DNA from: Vicugna vicugna
Lineage: Eukaryota
NCBI GenBank assembly: GCA_013265495.1
Contig: MU058531.1
Span: 1,674,911 to 1,738,910, forward strand
Reading direction: 5' to 3'
DNA length: 64,000 nucleotides
Positions 37,801-51,406 of the stretch are shown piece after piece (positions within the stretch are counted from its first letter, which is position 1; every line of letters begins with the position of its first letter). The translations under genes and the position numbers were made by a program. The notes below the pieces were generated by a model that made no database searches, was not told where the DNA came from, and saw only the letters and a program-made list of their open reading frames with translations.

Positions 37801-39538
37801 ACTCGATTTCAGTAACAACTAGTTTGGAGTACTTGTTTCAGTACTTCCACATTTAGATTGTCAGAATTTCATCTCCCCAGAGGCCATGGCATCGTTTTCC
37901 AAGTTTCTCCTAGTCTGACTAGACTGTCCCAAATTGAGCTAGGCAAAACTTCCTATGTATTCCTCATGCTCAAGAAATATATACAGGAAGTATTTTTTCT
38001 GGTTCTTAGTAAACTAAAGTTAATAGTAAAAGAGAATTTTAAAATGACATCCCTTACGTAAATCTGACAAGAGTCCTGATGGTGTAAGTCAAGCTAAAGG
38101 CTTCTTGATTATACATTCTCGTCCACTAGATGACAGGAGCCTTCTCTGTTTCATGGCATTTATTGACATTTTCTGTTTTTGAACGTTTCCTTCTGACAAT
38201 GCCCTGTGTGACACCAGCCTGCCTTTAGATTGGTAAGACATCACTCTTTTCATATTGGACCAGCTGCATCATCAATGGCCCATTCCACCTTTGGACTATA
38301 AAAAAGGGGAGGTAGTAGTTCCTAAGATTGTAAGTCGATTTCTCTATAGTGACTTCCAGTGCTTCACAGCTTTTTGGAAGCCTTTCAGATGAAAGCATGT
38401 TTCCCTGTATAGCAGCAAAACATGATACTGTTAACAATAATCATGTTTGGCAGGACAGTTCCTGGGGCTGCTGAAACGAATGGCATTTCAAAGATAAAGA
38501 AACTTGACAAGAGAAATAGAATAGACTGCTTTTCTTAGTGGCCAGAAATCATTAATTCCATTTTGTCTGTCGGTCATTTGCTTACTGTTCCAACAAAGTA
38601 TTAGACGTGCACTACACAGATGTTTATCATTTCCTCCTACATGCCAGATAATGGCCTTGGCCAGTGAACAGAAATGAACAGAACCCAATACCTGCCTTTA
38701 AGTAACACAGTTTATTGATCTGCAAATTTACTTTCCAGATAAACCTGTCTTGTTTTGTTGTCAGGACTTTATAGTAGATTCAAACTCAATGTATGATTTC
38801 ATCAGAATTTACATATTTGAAGATGACTGCTGTTCCATAATTAGAAAATCAACCACAAGGTATCCTGAGCAGCCATGACTGCTAACTGTAGCCTTCTGAT
38901 TCCTTTGTAAAGAGATCCTCAGTATATGGAGATTGGCATTGACTCTAAAGATATGCCTATTCATGTTGTACCTGGCCAGTGAGAGCATAATCAGAATGTA
39001 CCTTGCAAAGCTATTTATTCTTCGAGAAATGAGTACTTAACAAAAGTGCTTTGAAACTCGAGACCGTAAGAATGTGGATTTCATCAGGAATTAGCCCTCA
39101 GAGTTTGGGAAGCCACTTAAATTTAAAGGTTTTACCAAACTTCCAAAGTATATTTTAAAATTTGAAAAAGCTATGTACTGAAATAATGTCCTTTCATGTC
39201 GAGAAATGGCTTCAAACATTCAAAATCTCAAACTGTCTACTCTTTCAGGATGACTTCTGCACACATATTATAGTCCTTACAATGTGGCTTGAAAACATGC
39301 TGATTTCTGTCAGTCTCTAGACCGGTTTCAGACATCTTAAAGGCTAGGGAGTCATGTTGCTACAGTTATTGAAGTAGAAGTTATCTGCGTTTTGGACTGT
39401 TGGTAACTATGTAGATAAAATCACCTTAACCTATTTACCCATATCTCCTCCTTAGCTAAAATTTCAGTTTCAGTATTTAGTCGTACACATCGGTATTGGT
39501 TCTGTCTCTCTTTAACTCTGGTTTGAGGCAACCCTCTT

Positions 39539-41060
39539 TTTTTTTTTTTTGAATGGAAGTATAGTCAGTTACAGTGTGTTGATTTCTGATGTACAGTGTA
39601 ATGTTTCAGTCATAGATACACATAGATATATTCCTTTTCCTATTCTTTTTCATTATAGGTTACTACAAGATAATGAACATAGTTCCCTGTGCTATACAGA
39701 AGAAACTTGTTTATTTATTTTATATAGTAGTAGTTAATATTTGCAAATCTCGAACTCCCAATGTATCCCTTCCCACCCCCTTTCCCCACTGGTAACTGTA
39801 ATTTTTTTTTTATGTCTATGAGTTTGTTTCTGTTTTGAAGATAAGTTCATTAGTGTCTTCTTTCTTTTTCTAGATTCCACATATGAGTGATATCATATGC
39901 TATTTTTCTTTCCTTTTCTGGCTTACTTCACTTAGAATGACAAGCTCCGGGTCCATCCATGTTGCTGCAAATGGCATTATTTTATTTTTTTATGGCTGAG
40001 TAGCATTCCATTGTATAAATACACTGCAACTTTTTTAAACATTTTTTGTTGATTTATAATCATTTTACAATGTTGTGTCCAATTTCAGTGTTCAGCACAA
40101 CTTTTCAGTTATACATGAACGTATATATAATTCATTGCCACATTTTTTTCTCTGAGCTACCATTAAGATCTTGTATATATTTCCCTGTGTTATACAGTAT
40201 AATCTTGTTTATCTGTTCTACATTTTGAAATCCCAGTCTGTCCCTTCCCACCCCCTGCCCTCTTGGCAACCACAAGTTTGTATTCTATGTCTATGAGTCT
40301 GTTTCTGTTTTGTATTTATGTTTTTTTTTTTAAGATTCCACATATGAGCGATCTCATGGTATTTTTCTTTCTCTTTCTGGCTTACTTCACTTAGAGTGAC
40401 ATTCTCCAGGAACATCCATGTTGCTGCAAATGGCATTATGTTGTCAGTTTTTATGGCTGAATAGTATTCCATTGTATAAATATACCACATCATCTTTATC
40501 CAGTCATCTGTTGATGGACATTTAGGCTGTTTCCATGTCTTGGCTATTGTAAATAGTGCTGCTATGAACATTGGGGTGCAGGTGTCATTTTGAAGCAGGA
40601 TTCCTGGGTCATAGGTTAAGTCTATTCCTAGTCTTTTGAGGAATCTCCATACTGTTTTCCACAGTGGCTGTACCAAACTGCATTCCCACCAGCAGTGTAG
40701 GAGGGTTCTCTTTTCTCCACAGCCTCTCCAGCATTTGTCATTTGTGGCCTTTTGAATGATGGCCATTCTGACTGGTGTGAGATGATACTTCATTGTAGTT
40801 TTGATTTGCATTTCTCTGATAATTAGCAGTACTGAGCATTTTTTTCATGTATTGGCCATTGGTATGTCTGCATTGAAGAATTGCTTGTTTAGATCTTCCC
40901 ATTCTTGGATTGGCTTTTTTTTATTATTATTATTAAGTTGTATGAGCTGTTTATATATTCTGGAAATTAAGCCTTTGTCAGTCACATCATTTGCAAATAT
41001 TTTCTCTCATTCCTAATGTTGTCCTTTTGTTTTGCTTATGGTTTCCTTTGCTGTGCAAAA
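39539..41060 (-). mobile_element. Composite L1 with two different 3' ends and an ORF2 C-terminal remnant
   Basis: ORF 40218-40811(-) '[19 protein letters not shown]...[18 protein letters not shown]' is the L1 ORF2 C-terminus; poly(T) tracts at ~39537 and ~40031; outer TSD 13/15 identical (39524-39538, 41061-41075). Confidence 0.92.
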
Positions 41061-41649
41061 TGAAGCAACCTTCTTCTGTTCCCAATGATATTTTTACAAA
41101 AGGCTACACTTGACCTTTCTTCAGACTTGGCCTTTCTTCAGGTCACCAATCCTTTGAAACAGTTATCTTATTAATTGACTCCATCTCTTGTAACAACTAG
41201 AGATAGTGCCCACCTCACACTCCTTTTTTTGGAAGTTACTCTGTGAGTCACCACTTTGATTTCTTCAGATGTGTTGATTACCGCTGAAGAAATAGTGATC
41301 CTTCTCTAAGTGCTTGGTTACATAAAGTAACTTTCCGAAGGAAGAGATATCTTTACTAATTTTTCTTATTTTGATTCCTTTTTTCTTACTCTCTAACTTA
41401 AGAAGTTTCTTCTAAAAGTGTTTCTTCTGAATGGATGCTAAATGGCTGGGATAGCAGAACCATTGGGGCAGCTGTGAGTGGCTTACATGAGGAGGACAGT
41501 GTGTTCAACAGTGCCAAGGCTGTGATAAGGAAGATTCAGGTCAGAGCATAGTGGCAGCAAATTTTGTCTTTTCCTCTGTGAAATTTTCTATTTGGCTTCT
41601 ACAGTGCCATTGTTTCTAAGTTTTAATTGTTAGTCTCCTTTTCTCATGC

Positions 41650-44260
41650 TGTGATATATTAATTCAGCAAATAACAATACATTGCTATGTGCCCTGCAGT
41701 GTGAAGGACCCTGGGGAAGTAATGATGAGCTAAGATAGACATGTCTCCTGCCCTTTATGGATTTGAAGAGCCTAGGAGATAAGTACAGAACAGTAATTAC
41801 AAATTTTAATAAGTGCCAGAAGATATTGTTGTGAACAATGAACAAAAGTTTCTGAGTCGTCGTTGTCATCCTCCTCCTCCTCCAGATCTTGCATTCTAGT
41901 GGAGGAGAGGGGAAAACCAACTGAATTGGATGTATGGTTGTGCAGAATGGACTGCTTTAGATAGGATGATCAGGGATGGCCTCCCTAAGGTGGAGACATT
42001 AAGATTAGACAGTAAGTAGAAGTGAGGGATGCAGAGAGCAAGGGAGGAACAGTCCAAGCTAATGAGCAGCATGTACCACTGAAGTAAGGTTGGCATATTC
42101 GATGAACTGAAAGCAAGCTGGATCATAGTTCAGAAAGGGGAGAGTGGTATGTAATGAAGTTCTGTAACTTAGGGAAGTAGGTAACTGCCAGTTCATGCAG
42201 CAGGCCTTGTAGGCCACAGTAGAGTGATTGGATTTTATTCTAAGAGCATCAGTGGGAAGCCAATGAATTATTTTGAACAGGGATATGCTATGATGATTGT
42301 TTTTAAAGACCACTGGGGACAGAGGTAGAAATGAGAGGCCCAGTTGGAGACTTTTGCAATAGTTCAGGCTGGAGGCAGTGGTGGTTGGGTTGGGGCAGTG
42401 TCGGTGGAAATGAAGAGAAGTTAGGGAACATGTTGAATCTGAGATGCCTTTGAAAGATCCAGGTAGAGATATGTCCAGTAAACAGTCTGGAATTCAGGTG
42501 AAAAGTCTAGCCTAGAGATTTAAATTTGAGAGTTGTGTATATCTAGGTGGTACTTAAAGCCATAGGAGTAGATGAAATCATTCAAGAGGGGAAAATGGGT
42601 AGAGAACGAAGTCTTGAGGAATCCCAGCATTTAAAAATTGGGTGGAGTAACCAAGAAGCCCCCAGAGAGATAGAACATGTCCAAAATTTGAATTCTTCAT
42701 CTTCTGCCACAAACCTGTTTTGTCTGTAGCCTTCCTAATCTGAGTTGATGCAAACTTCACCCCTCTGTTTCTCAGCCCAGAAACCTTGGAGTCACCCATG
42801 ACTCCTCTCTTGCCCCCAGCCTCTGTTACCTCCTCACCCTTACCCTCACTCTGCATCCAATCTATGAGCAAACTGTGCTAGCTCTACCTTCAGAGTACCC
42901 AGAATCTGCCACTTATTATTCTGACAAGTGCCATTACATTATGGTCCAAACCACCATAGTCTGATTTACTTCTAATCTAAACCCCCTTAAATCTAGTCTC
43001 AGCACAACAACCAGAGGGTATTTTTCAAATGTAAGTCATATCATTTAATTTACCGGCTTAAAACCCTGCAGTGACTCTCCATTTTCCTCACAGTAAAAAA
43101 GCCAAGGTTCTTACAGTGGTCTTCAAGTCTCTCTACCTGGCTGGCTGTATTACTTTTAATCTCATTTCCCTCTATGCTACCCTTTCCTCAGTCAGCTCCA
43201 GTCACTCTGCCCTTCTTACTGTTGCTCAGTAAGGTTAGCTCTCTTTCTTTGAAATCTTTAATCAAATGTCACGATCTCAACTTTATGACCCCCTCCCCCT
43301 ACATACACCCTGATCACTCCTTATTCTGCTCTTTTTCTAGTTACTTTCTAACATACTTGTTTTATGCATTTATTTTTCATCTCGCTCACCTCCATAGAAT
43401 AGAAACTCCTCAAAGGCAGAGATTTCATCTGTTTTGTTCACTGGTATGTCCCAGAAAAATGTTCATTACATAGTTGATATTCCCTGATCGTTTGTTAAAT
43501 GAATAGATATGGAAAACCAGGAATGTCTGATGTCATGGAAACTCTGGGGAGGATGTTTCAAGGAGGAGGGAGTAGTCATTAAATATCGCTGAGAGGTCTA
43601 GTCAGATGAGGACATACGTGTTCTTTGGGCTTGGAGACATGGAGATTGTTACTGGCCTTGATGAAAGCAGTTGTAAAGAAGAACCCAGACTATATTTGGG
43701 AGAAATGTAAATGGAAGATAAAGAATTGGTGACAGTCCTTAATGGTTTGAAAATGCAGGGGAGCAGAGAAATGGAAATGTGAATAAAATAATAATAAAAT
43801 GGATGTTAGGAATGATCTGGTGGAAAGGGAGAGATTGATGTGGGTGAGGAGAGAATGACGACCTTGAAAAGGTAAGAAAGGACCACAGTGCAAGGTGAGA
43901 ACACATAGATCTTAGATAAAAGTACACTTCTTTCAACAAAACAGGTAGAAAATTAGTACTCCCTACTCCGACTTCATTTATTTTTGTGCATGGCTTCAAA
44001 CACCGTCTTTATGGTCATGACTCCAAAATGTCAGTCTCTAGCTCAGACTAATTTCCTTAATTCAAGATGCACAGAACCTTCTACTTTCTGGGCATTTGTT
44101 TTTCAAGCTCACCATTTCCAAAAGCAAATTACTTTATCTCACAAAACCTCTTGTTTTACCTTGTATCTCAGGTATCTGATAATCATCTCCATTCCTTCTC
44201 TCCTTTACCCAAATTAAAGAAGTCACCAGATGCTGTCAGTTTTCTCTTCTCTCTTTAGTT
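41650..44260. mobile_element. L2 remnants of both orientations (a + strand piece at ~42676-43505 within - strand L2)
   Basis: Purine-rich antisense L2 phrases flank a pyrimidine-rich sense block ending 'tttgttaaatgaatagat'. Confidence 0.7.
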
Positions 44261-44734
44261 ACTCCTGTCAACATTGTATGCAGTAGCAAAAGATTAGAAA
44301 CAACTACTAACTACTCATGAGAAAAGAACTAGTTAAGTTTTGATACTTGAAATCCATAAAATAGATGCTGATAATAGTTTATTTCTAGATTTTTTTTAAA
44401 GGAAGGTACAGAATAGGAGATACAGATATAGATATAGGTAGATATACATATGTAGGTGTAGATATAGATAGGTATTTGTTTGTCCTGTAGTGACCATTGA
44501 TGTAGCAGTATTTTTCAGACTGTTTCTAAGAGATGCCTCTGAAATATAGGGATAATTTCCTTTGGACCTTTGTGAAGGAGAAGTAGGATTCAACCTGAAT
44601 AGTATTATTTTAAATTGAATTCAGTTAATTTGCAACTCTGTGAGAGCCAGCTGTGTACCAGGCATTGGATATTTTGCAACAAACAAGACACATACTGGTA
44701 TTTTATGCAAGATTTTATTAGGAAATGTTAACTC

Positions 44735-45465
44735 AAAAAGATTTACACACCCCTATGTTCATTGCAGCATTATTTACAATAGCCAAGACAAGGAAAGAAC
44801 CTAAGTGACTATCCAGGGATGAATGGATAAAGAAAATGTGGCATATATACACAGTGGAATGTAATTCGGCCGTAAAAAAGAATGAAATCTTGCCATTTGC
44901 AACAGCATAGGTGGACTTTAAGGGCATTATGCTATGTGATTTAAGTCAGACAGAAATAGACCAACTATGATTTCACTTACATGTGGAATCCTTGGCCGGG
45001 GGGCCGTGGAGATTAGGTTTATTTATTGGAGGAGGTACTGGGGATTGAACCCAGGACCCCGTGCATGCTAAGCGTGCGTTCTACCGCTTGAGCTATATCC
45101 TTCTCCATACATGTGGAATCTTAAAACAGAAAACTCAAACCCATAGATACAGGGAACAAATTGGTGTTTGCCAGAGGTGCGGGGATGGGTGAAATGGGTA
45201 AAGGTGGTCAAAAGATATAAATTTCCTTTAGATAAAATTCCTTCCTATAAAATAAATAAGTCCTTGGGATGTAGTGTACAACATGATGACTATAGTTAAT
45301 AATAATACTGCATTATATATTTGAAAGTTGCTAAGAGAGTAGATCTTAATGTTAACTAGATTTATTGTGGTGTTCATTGTGCAGTATATACAAATATTAA
45401 ATCATTACGTTGTACACCTAGAATTAATACAACCATATATATAAGTTATATCAATTTTTTTAAAA
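44735..45465 (+). mobile_element. L1 (L1MA-like) 3' end
   Basis: 'cccctatgttcattgcagcattatttacaatagccaag...gaaagttgctaagagagtagatctt...ttgtacacc'. Confidence 0.85.
44991..45107 (-). mobile_element. vic-1-like SINE nested in L1
   Basis: Perfect 13-bp TSD tacatgtggaatc at 44978-44990 and 45108-45120. Confidence 0.9.
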
Positions 45466-47021
45466 GACCAAAAAATACTTCATGAAAATCTGTTGCCTGA
45501 AAGTAGCTTGAAAAACACTAGTCTAAAACAAACAAACAAACAAAATTAGTCTACAAGACACAGTCTAGACACCACCTTAGGGGGGACATCTCAGGTTCTT
45601 CATCATCTGGCTTTGGGTATTCTGTGTGCCCTGGCTATTATGAATGACTTGCTCTGTACATTTTCTTTCTTCCGCTTGGACTGCAGTGCTCTTTCCTTGC
45701 TTAGCTTTTTCCCATCCTTTACCTCTTCTCTCCTCTCCTCATTCTCCTACAGATCCATTAATTTTTCTGTAAGTTTTCAGCTCCAATATCATCACTAGAG
45801 TCTCCTCTGGGGTAGTCCTTCCTATTCTCTGCTTTCCCCCAATGCAGGTGTTCCCTTCTTTGAGCTGTAGTAGCACTTTATATATACCTCTATAATGAGT
45901 TAGTGTATATTGAAATTACTGGTTCTTACTGTTTCTCCACATCTTAAATTGTAAGCTCTCTAAAAATAGAGAGAATCAAAGATACCCACTTCTGTGACAT
46001 AGAGCTTAGCAATATTGAAACAAAACAAACTAATAAAGAATCCAGTTAATCTCTTCAATCATCTGCTGACGCTTACCTTAGCTGCAGCTAGGCCAGCCCC
46101 AGACATAGACCTTGGAAAGATTGTATATCATTGCTTTTTCAGCTTCACTCTGGTCTTCTTAGAAGGACTACATTCAAGATTGGTAGTTTTAAGAATATTC
46201 TGATAAATTTTTGGGTGAATGAGAAGGTCTTTTCTCTCTCTCCCAACATACACAAATACTTCCCCATCTGCTTTATCATGTCCTTTTCTTTTCACAATTA
46301 ACTCTAAAAAGATTTTAGGTGCTATTATATGGGAATGGTAAGAGATTGAAACTCATTGGTACTAAATCCATAAACCAGTGTAAATGAGTTATCAGCCTTT
46401 TTTTGTTTTGTTTTTTATGGGGGCCATTACAGCAGAACTGTGGGACATGGGTTTCTAAAGGAGGCCTCCTACTAGAAAGAAGTTGCTTGTGTTGTACAAG
46501 TGGCAAAGTAGGGGCTCCTGTAAAAACAGCTGATTTCACACTTTTGCCTAGTATCACCTCTGTCTTCACTCCATCGACAGATACAAACTGTTGTTGCTAT
46601 CCCAGAGTCCGCCAGTTTAGTAGAAACATTTTAGGAGATAGATGTGGGAAAGGGATTCTACCAAGTTGGTTCGATACATGTATTTTAAATACCTGATAAT
46701 GTATGCATACTAAGTATGCAGAACGCTGCATTTGCGATTAGAAATGCTGTTGTAGAGTGGGAAACTTCTGAACTTTGGGCTTCAGTCACTTTTAACCTTT
46801 CTCTGAAGTTAGTAGTATGATCTAAGGTATTGGAGAGACCCTTTGGCTTTCTCATAAAGATTAGTTAGCAATGTATTTCACCTTATCAGTGAATTCCTGG
46901 ATTGTTGGATCTATTACTATTTTCCATCTTAAAGTATTTTAGCATGGCTTCTACTTTACTGATTCTATTTTAATTTATTTTCTTTGGAGAACTTAAATGT
47001 GAATAATTTGTTTTCTTCTAG

Positions 47022-47246
47022 GTTTTGGGCGGAAAGATGTGGTTGAATATTTGCTTCAGAATGGTGCAAATGTCCAGGCACGTGATGATGGGGGCCTTAT
47101 TCCTCTTCATAACGCATGCTCTTTTGGTCATGCTGAAGTAGTCAATCTCCTTTTGCGACATGGTGCAGACCCAAATGCTCGTGATAATTGGAATTACACT
47201 CCTCTCCATGAAGCTGCAATTAAAGGAAAGATTGATGTTTGCATCG
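47022..47246 (+). CDS. TNKS2: TNKS2 exon 2 (225 nt)
   Basis: ttctag|GT TTT GGG CGG...; [36 protein letters not shown]...KGKIDVCI; G|gtaaga. Confidence 0.97.
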
Positions 47247-48432
47247 GTAAGACTGTTTACATTCCAGAATTTTTTTAAAGTAGTTTGTAACTATTCTGAA
47301 TCTAGATTGAATTTATTTGTTAATGTGATCAAATTCTGCCAGGCTAAATTTAAATCTTTGAGAACACTTCATGATTTAATCCAACCACTGTTTACTGAAT
47401 GTTATTTTGTAGGTGATACTGGGCTTAAATTTTTTAGAGACCAGAGTAGTACAAAATTCTTCTTCTCTAGAAATGTGAATTCTCTTGGAAATAATACACA
47501 CAAAGAACCAGAGGGAGGCGTGGTGGAAGTGAACAGAGAGTGTTAGAGGACAGTGAGTGCAGTGACCAGGCTGGAGTTGAGTCACTCCTTCCTGAGTCTT
47601 CCCAGGAAGTCTTGGGGAGACAGGTTGAAAAGATAGGTAGGGACTTCCTTATAAGGAGTTTCAGACTCCAGGTTAAGTAGCATGATATTGTTATGTAGAT
47701 AGTGTGGAATCATTAAAGATTTTAAGGAGGGTACTGTGTGCTGAGAGTAGTATATTTTAGAAAGAGTGATGTGGTAGAGGGCTGAATAGAACGGATGGCA
47801 TTAGGGAGGCTGGCTAGGAAGCTGTAGAATAAGGCAGATGAGAAATGAAGCAGGCATGCAACTAGGATGGTTATAGAATAGAAATGACAGAATAAAGAAA
47901 GAAGCATTTGAAGGAAAAATTATCAGTCATTTAGAATACTTTAAATTAACAAATGAAATAGGATTTGCCTGACAGGCTGATCACTGACAGAAAATTATAT
48001 GTGAGAAGGCTGCTTATTTGAGAATTTTCAGTAACGGGGATTGACTTTTCTGAGTCTAACAGTCAGGGATTTTGGACTCTGCTACCTTATCTCTATTTTC
48101 TGATGTAAAACGGGGGCAGTTGAAATCTTTAAGACAGATAGAAAGCCAATTCTGTGCACTAGGGAAAGTCCAAGGGCTCTATGCTAGATTTAAATTGTTC
48201 TTTCTTTCCCCCAAAACCCCAAATCACTTTATGCCAAAGTGACCAGTTTAGTTTAAATTAGGCAATTTATAAAAATAAGAAAAGGATTACCTAGTAACCT
48301 CTGCCCAATTCTTCTTTCTTGTGTGTTATCTTAAATTGCTACTGCCTCTGCTCAGAATCCTTTTCTGGTACCTCAATTTCAGACATATAAATAATTAGCT
48401 GTAATGTAGAGTTTTCCAAATACAGTTAAAGA

Positions 48433-48740
48433 TCTGCACTGTCCAGTATGGTAGTTGAGGATGTGTAATGTGGCTAGTTGAGATACACTGTAAGGGAAAA
48501 ATACATAGATTTCAAAGACAGTACAAAAAAAAAAAAAAAAAAAGGAGTGCAGAATATCTCAATTTTATATTGATTACAATATAAATGTAAATATTGAAAT
48601 AAAAATATTTTGAGTATTTTGGTTTAAATAAAATTTGTTAAAATTAATTTAACCTCTTTATAATGTGGCTGCTAGAAAATTTTAAATTACATATGTAGCT
48701 CACGTTTATGACTCATGTTTTATTTCTCTTGGGTATCATT
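48433..48740. mobile_element. hAT-Charlie non-autonomous element (MER33/MER3-like)
   Basis: 'ctgcactgtccagtatggtag...aatgtggctgctagaaaattttaaattacatatgtagctcac'. Confidence 0.75.
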
Positions 48741-48947
48741 GTTACAGATAGTAGAGTAGAATGAACCTTAACCCTATCAAAGAACAGGGGCTGGGCTTCC
48801 CTTTTTGCATGTATTTATTTGCTTGTCTTTCCCCAGCTCCTTATTTATAATGTGCTGGAATAGCTTTATATAATAAATAATAGTATGTACAGAGTAGAGC
48901 ATAAGTCTTCTCTTTTTATGTGCTTTGAGATATAATGTAGCAGTTTT

Positions 48948-49198
48948 TTTAACATTTTTCTATTGAGCTATAGTCATTTTACAATGTTGTGTCTAATTCT
49001 AGTGTAGAGCACAGTTTTTCAGTTGTACGTGAACATACATATATTCATTGTCACATTTTTTTTTTGCTGTGAGCTTCCGTAAGATCTTGTATATATTTCC
49101 CTGTGCTATATAGTATAATTTTGTTTATCTACTCTGTATATGTCTGTCAGTATCTACAAATTTTGAAATCCCAGTCTGTCTTTTCCCACCCCCCACCC
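48948..49198 (-). mobile_element. Young L1 3' end with perfect 15-bp TSD
   Basis: TSD taatgtagcagtttt at 48933-48947 and 49199-49213; same 3' UTR type as the 40031 end. Confidence 0.9.
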
Positions 49199-49734
49199 TA
49201 ATGTAGCAGTTTTGATTTGGGGTTTGTAAACCCTGAAGAGAATTATTTTTTTCTGTTTCTCTCTTTTTTTTTTTCTTTTAAGAATTTACCTGTGGTGTTT
49301 TTTACTTTTTATTTTTTAAATCCCAGATCTCTATTACTGGGCTATTCATACCTTTAGAAATTTCATTTCTGTTATAACAGAATAATCTTTCTAGCATAGG
49401 CAGTGTTCATTTGGAATGTGAAAACAGAAAACAAGCTTTCAGGCAAACTTGTCTTTTAGTTCCTTGTACACTCTATCTGTCCTTAGTTACTTGTCTAGCA
49501 AAGGAAAATCTGACATTGTGCTTAGGGGATATTTATTTAATGGGTCAAATACAGTAAATAATGGAATATTTTATATATTTGTATCTTTAAAATATAACAT
49601 TTACCATACTGTCAGGATATGAAAAGTTTTTTAAATAACTTTGAGACTTCTGGACCAGAATTTTTGTGAAAGTGATTTACTAAAATCAAATTGTCACAAT
49701 TACTATTTTGAAAGGTAGTGTTGCTCTTTTGCAG

Positions 49735-49830
49735 TGCTCTTACAGCATGGAGCTGAGCCGACTATCCGAAATACAGATGGAAGGACAGCATTGGATTTAG
49801 CAGACCCATCTGCCAAAGCAGTGCTGACTG
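49735..49830 (+). CDS. TNKS2: TNKS2 exon 3 (96 nt)
   Basis: ttgcag|TG CTC TTA CAG CAT...; [32 protein letters not shown]|gtaagt. Confidence 0.96.
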
Positions 49831-51369
49831 GTAAGTCTGCACACTGTTGAGTATTCCGGGAAGAATATAAAGGATGAGCCTGCTAAGTAGATAGTCAGTT
49901 TCCTGCAGTTCATGACCTCAGCTAGATTTTTTAAATAGTGTCAGTTCAGTTGCTATTCTTTTCTGTGTCTGGACAGTTAACATTTGATTCTTGTCTAAGA
50001 AAGGTGACTTTTTTTTTAATTAGTATTTAAATTTGTGATTCCTGCCTTATTAGGGGCAGAGGTGGTAGATAATTGTGTGTTATAACCATTCTGTCGCTTT
50101 TCTAAACAGAAGAGTCTGAGCAGATCAGTTTCAGTACCATGAGGAATGCTAGTTACTGTGCTCTGGTGGAACTAATTCATGCCCTTGGAACCTATTAAGA
50201 TTAGAAGACTGTGGTCTCTAGGTTTAGGTTGATTTTAGATGTCAAGCTTTTTTGAGTGCTAGTATCTGCTTCACATGTTTTCTCCCTTATCAGAGGGTTT
50301 CTTCATAAGCAGCTCTCTGCTGTATTATTTTCTGGATTCTTACCTATTGCGTGATCACCATTAGAATCATGTCTAATAGTCAAGAGCCTGAGTCACAAGC
50401 CTGAAGAGCTCTGCTGTGAGCTTTTGTGCTTGGACTTTGTGATATTTCTTCTGATATTACTGAGAAAATGTAAATTAGTTCCCTGCATGGTTTTTAGCAA
50501 AGTGATCTATTATTGTAACTGACAATTCAGTGTTCTTTTCCTCCTTCACTATTCCATGGTCTTCCCTACTTTTATCTTTTAAAAAAGTCTTGGGGCTTAA
50601 AAGAAGCTTTGCACAGTAATCAGTACACAATTTGTTTTGTGGACACCAGTTAAGATTTTGTTTAAGCAGATCAATAAATACTGTTTATTATGTTAATTTA
50701 AATTGTATTCATTTTTAAGTTTTTGCTTCTATTGTAAGTAAAAACTATAGGCGTAAAGAGTTTATATTTAGTCCTATATTTATTTGTATATATTTAAAGT
50801 AGCATTATAATAAAACAATTTTAGTGTTAAAAAATCTTCTCGATTCATAAAAATGTTAATGATTATGTTCAATTTGTGATTTTGTAGAATATCCTTTATA
50901 ATTTCTGTAATATTGGTGTATTTGATTTTATTTGTTTTAATTTTGAATGAAGTAGGTGCATTTTCTCTATTAAACAAATAACACTGGTTTTAGGAAATTT
51001 GAGGAGGAAAAAGAAAAAAGGTGACCTATAACCTACCACTGAAGACAAACTTTGTTAAAATTTTGGTGTACTTCTTTCTTGGCTTTCCTTTTCTGTGCAT
51101 ATTATTTTCATATAGTTGTAGTCATATTTCATTATATGATATTGAATCGTTCCTTTTCACTTTCATAACAGATATTTCTTGTTTTACATGAAAATATTTT
51201 TAAACTGCACAATATTCTGTTGATTAACCATTTTCCATTTATTGGAAATTTATTTCCAAATTTTTTCTATTATAAATATAGTTCAGTGAGCAACTTTATG
51301 TATAAAACTGACATTACTTTTGTAATTAAATTTTCTTAATTTCTGCTATTTTTTTCCCCTAATTCACAG

Positions 51370-51406
51370 GTGAATATAAGAAAGATGAACTCTTGGAAAG
51401 TGCCAG
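51370..51406 (+). CDS. TNKS2: TNKS2 exon 4 (37 nt)
   Basis: cacag|GT GAA TAT AAG...; EYKKDELLESA; AG|gtgtgt. Confidence 0.95.

Noticed and set aside
38240..39100. Retroviral integrase-like (+) or Tudor-like (-) motifs in intron 1
   Set aside because: The matches were short, needed several arbitrary frameshifts, and part of the region is better explained as an L2 3' end; not supportable by eye.
40218..40811. 197-aa ORF as a host gene
   Set aside because: It is the C-terminus of L1 ORF2 in a 5'-truncated element, reading into the 3' UTR.
46686..46720. loxP-like sequence (ataatgtatgc-atactaagtat)
   Set aside because: The spacer matches but both 13-bp arms are degenerate and misaligned; most likely chance in AT-rich palindromic DNA.
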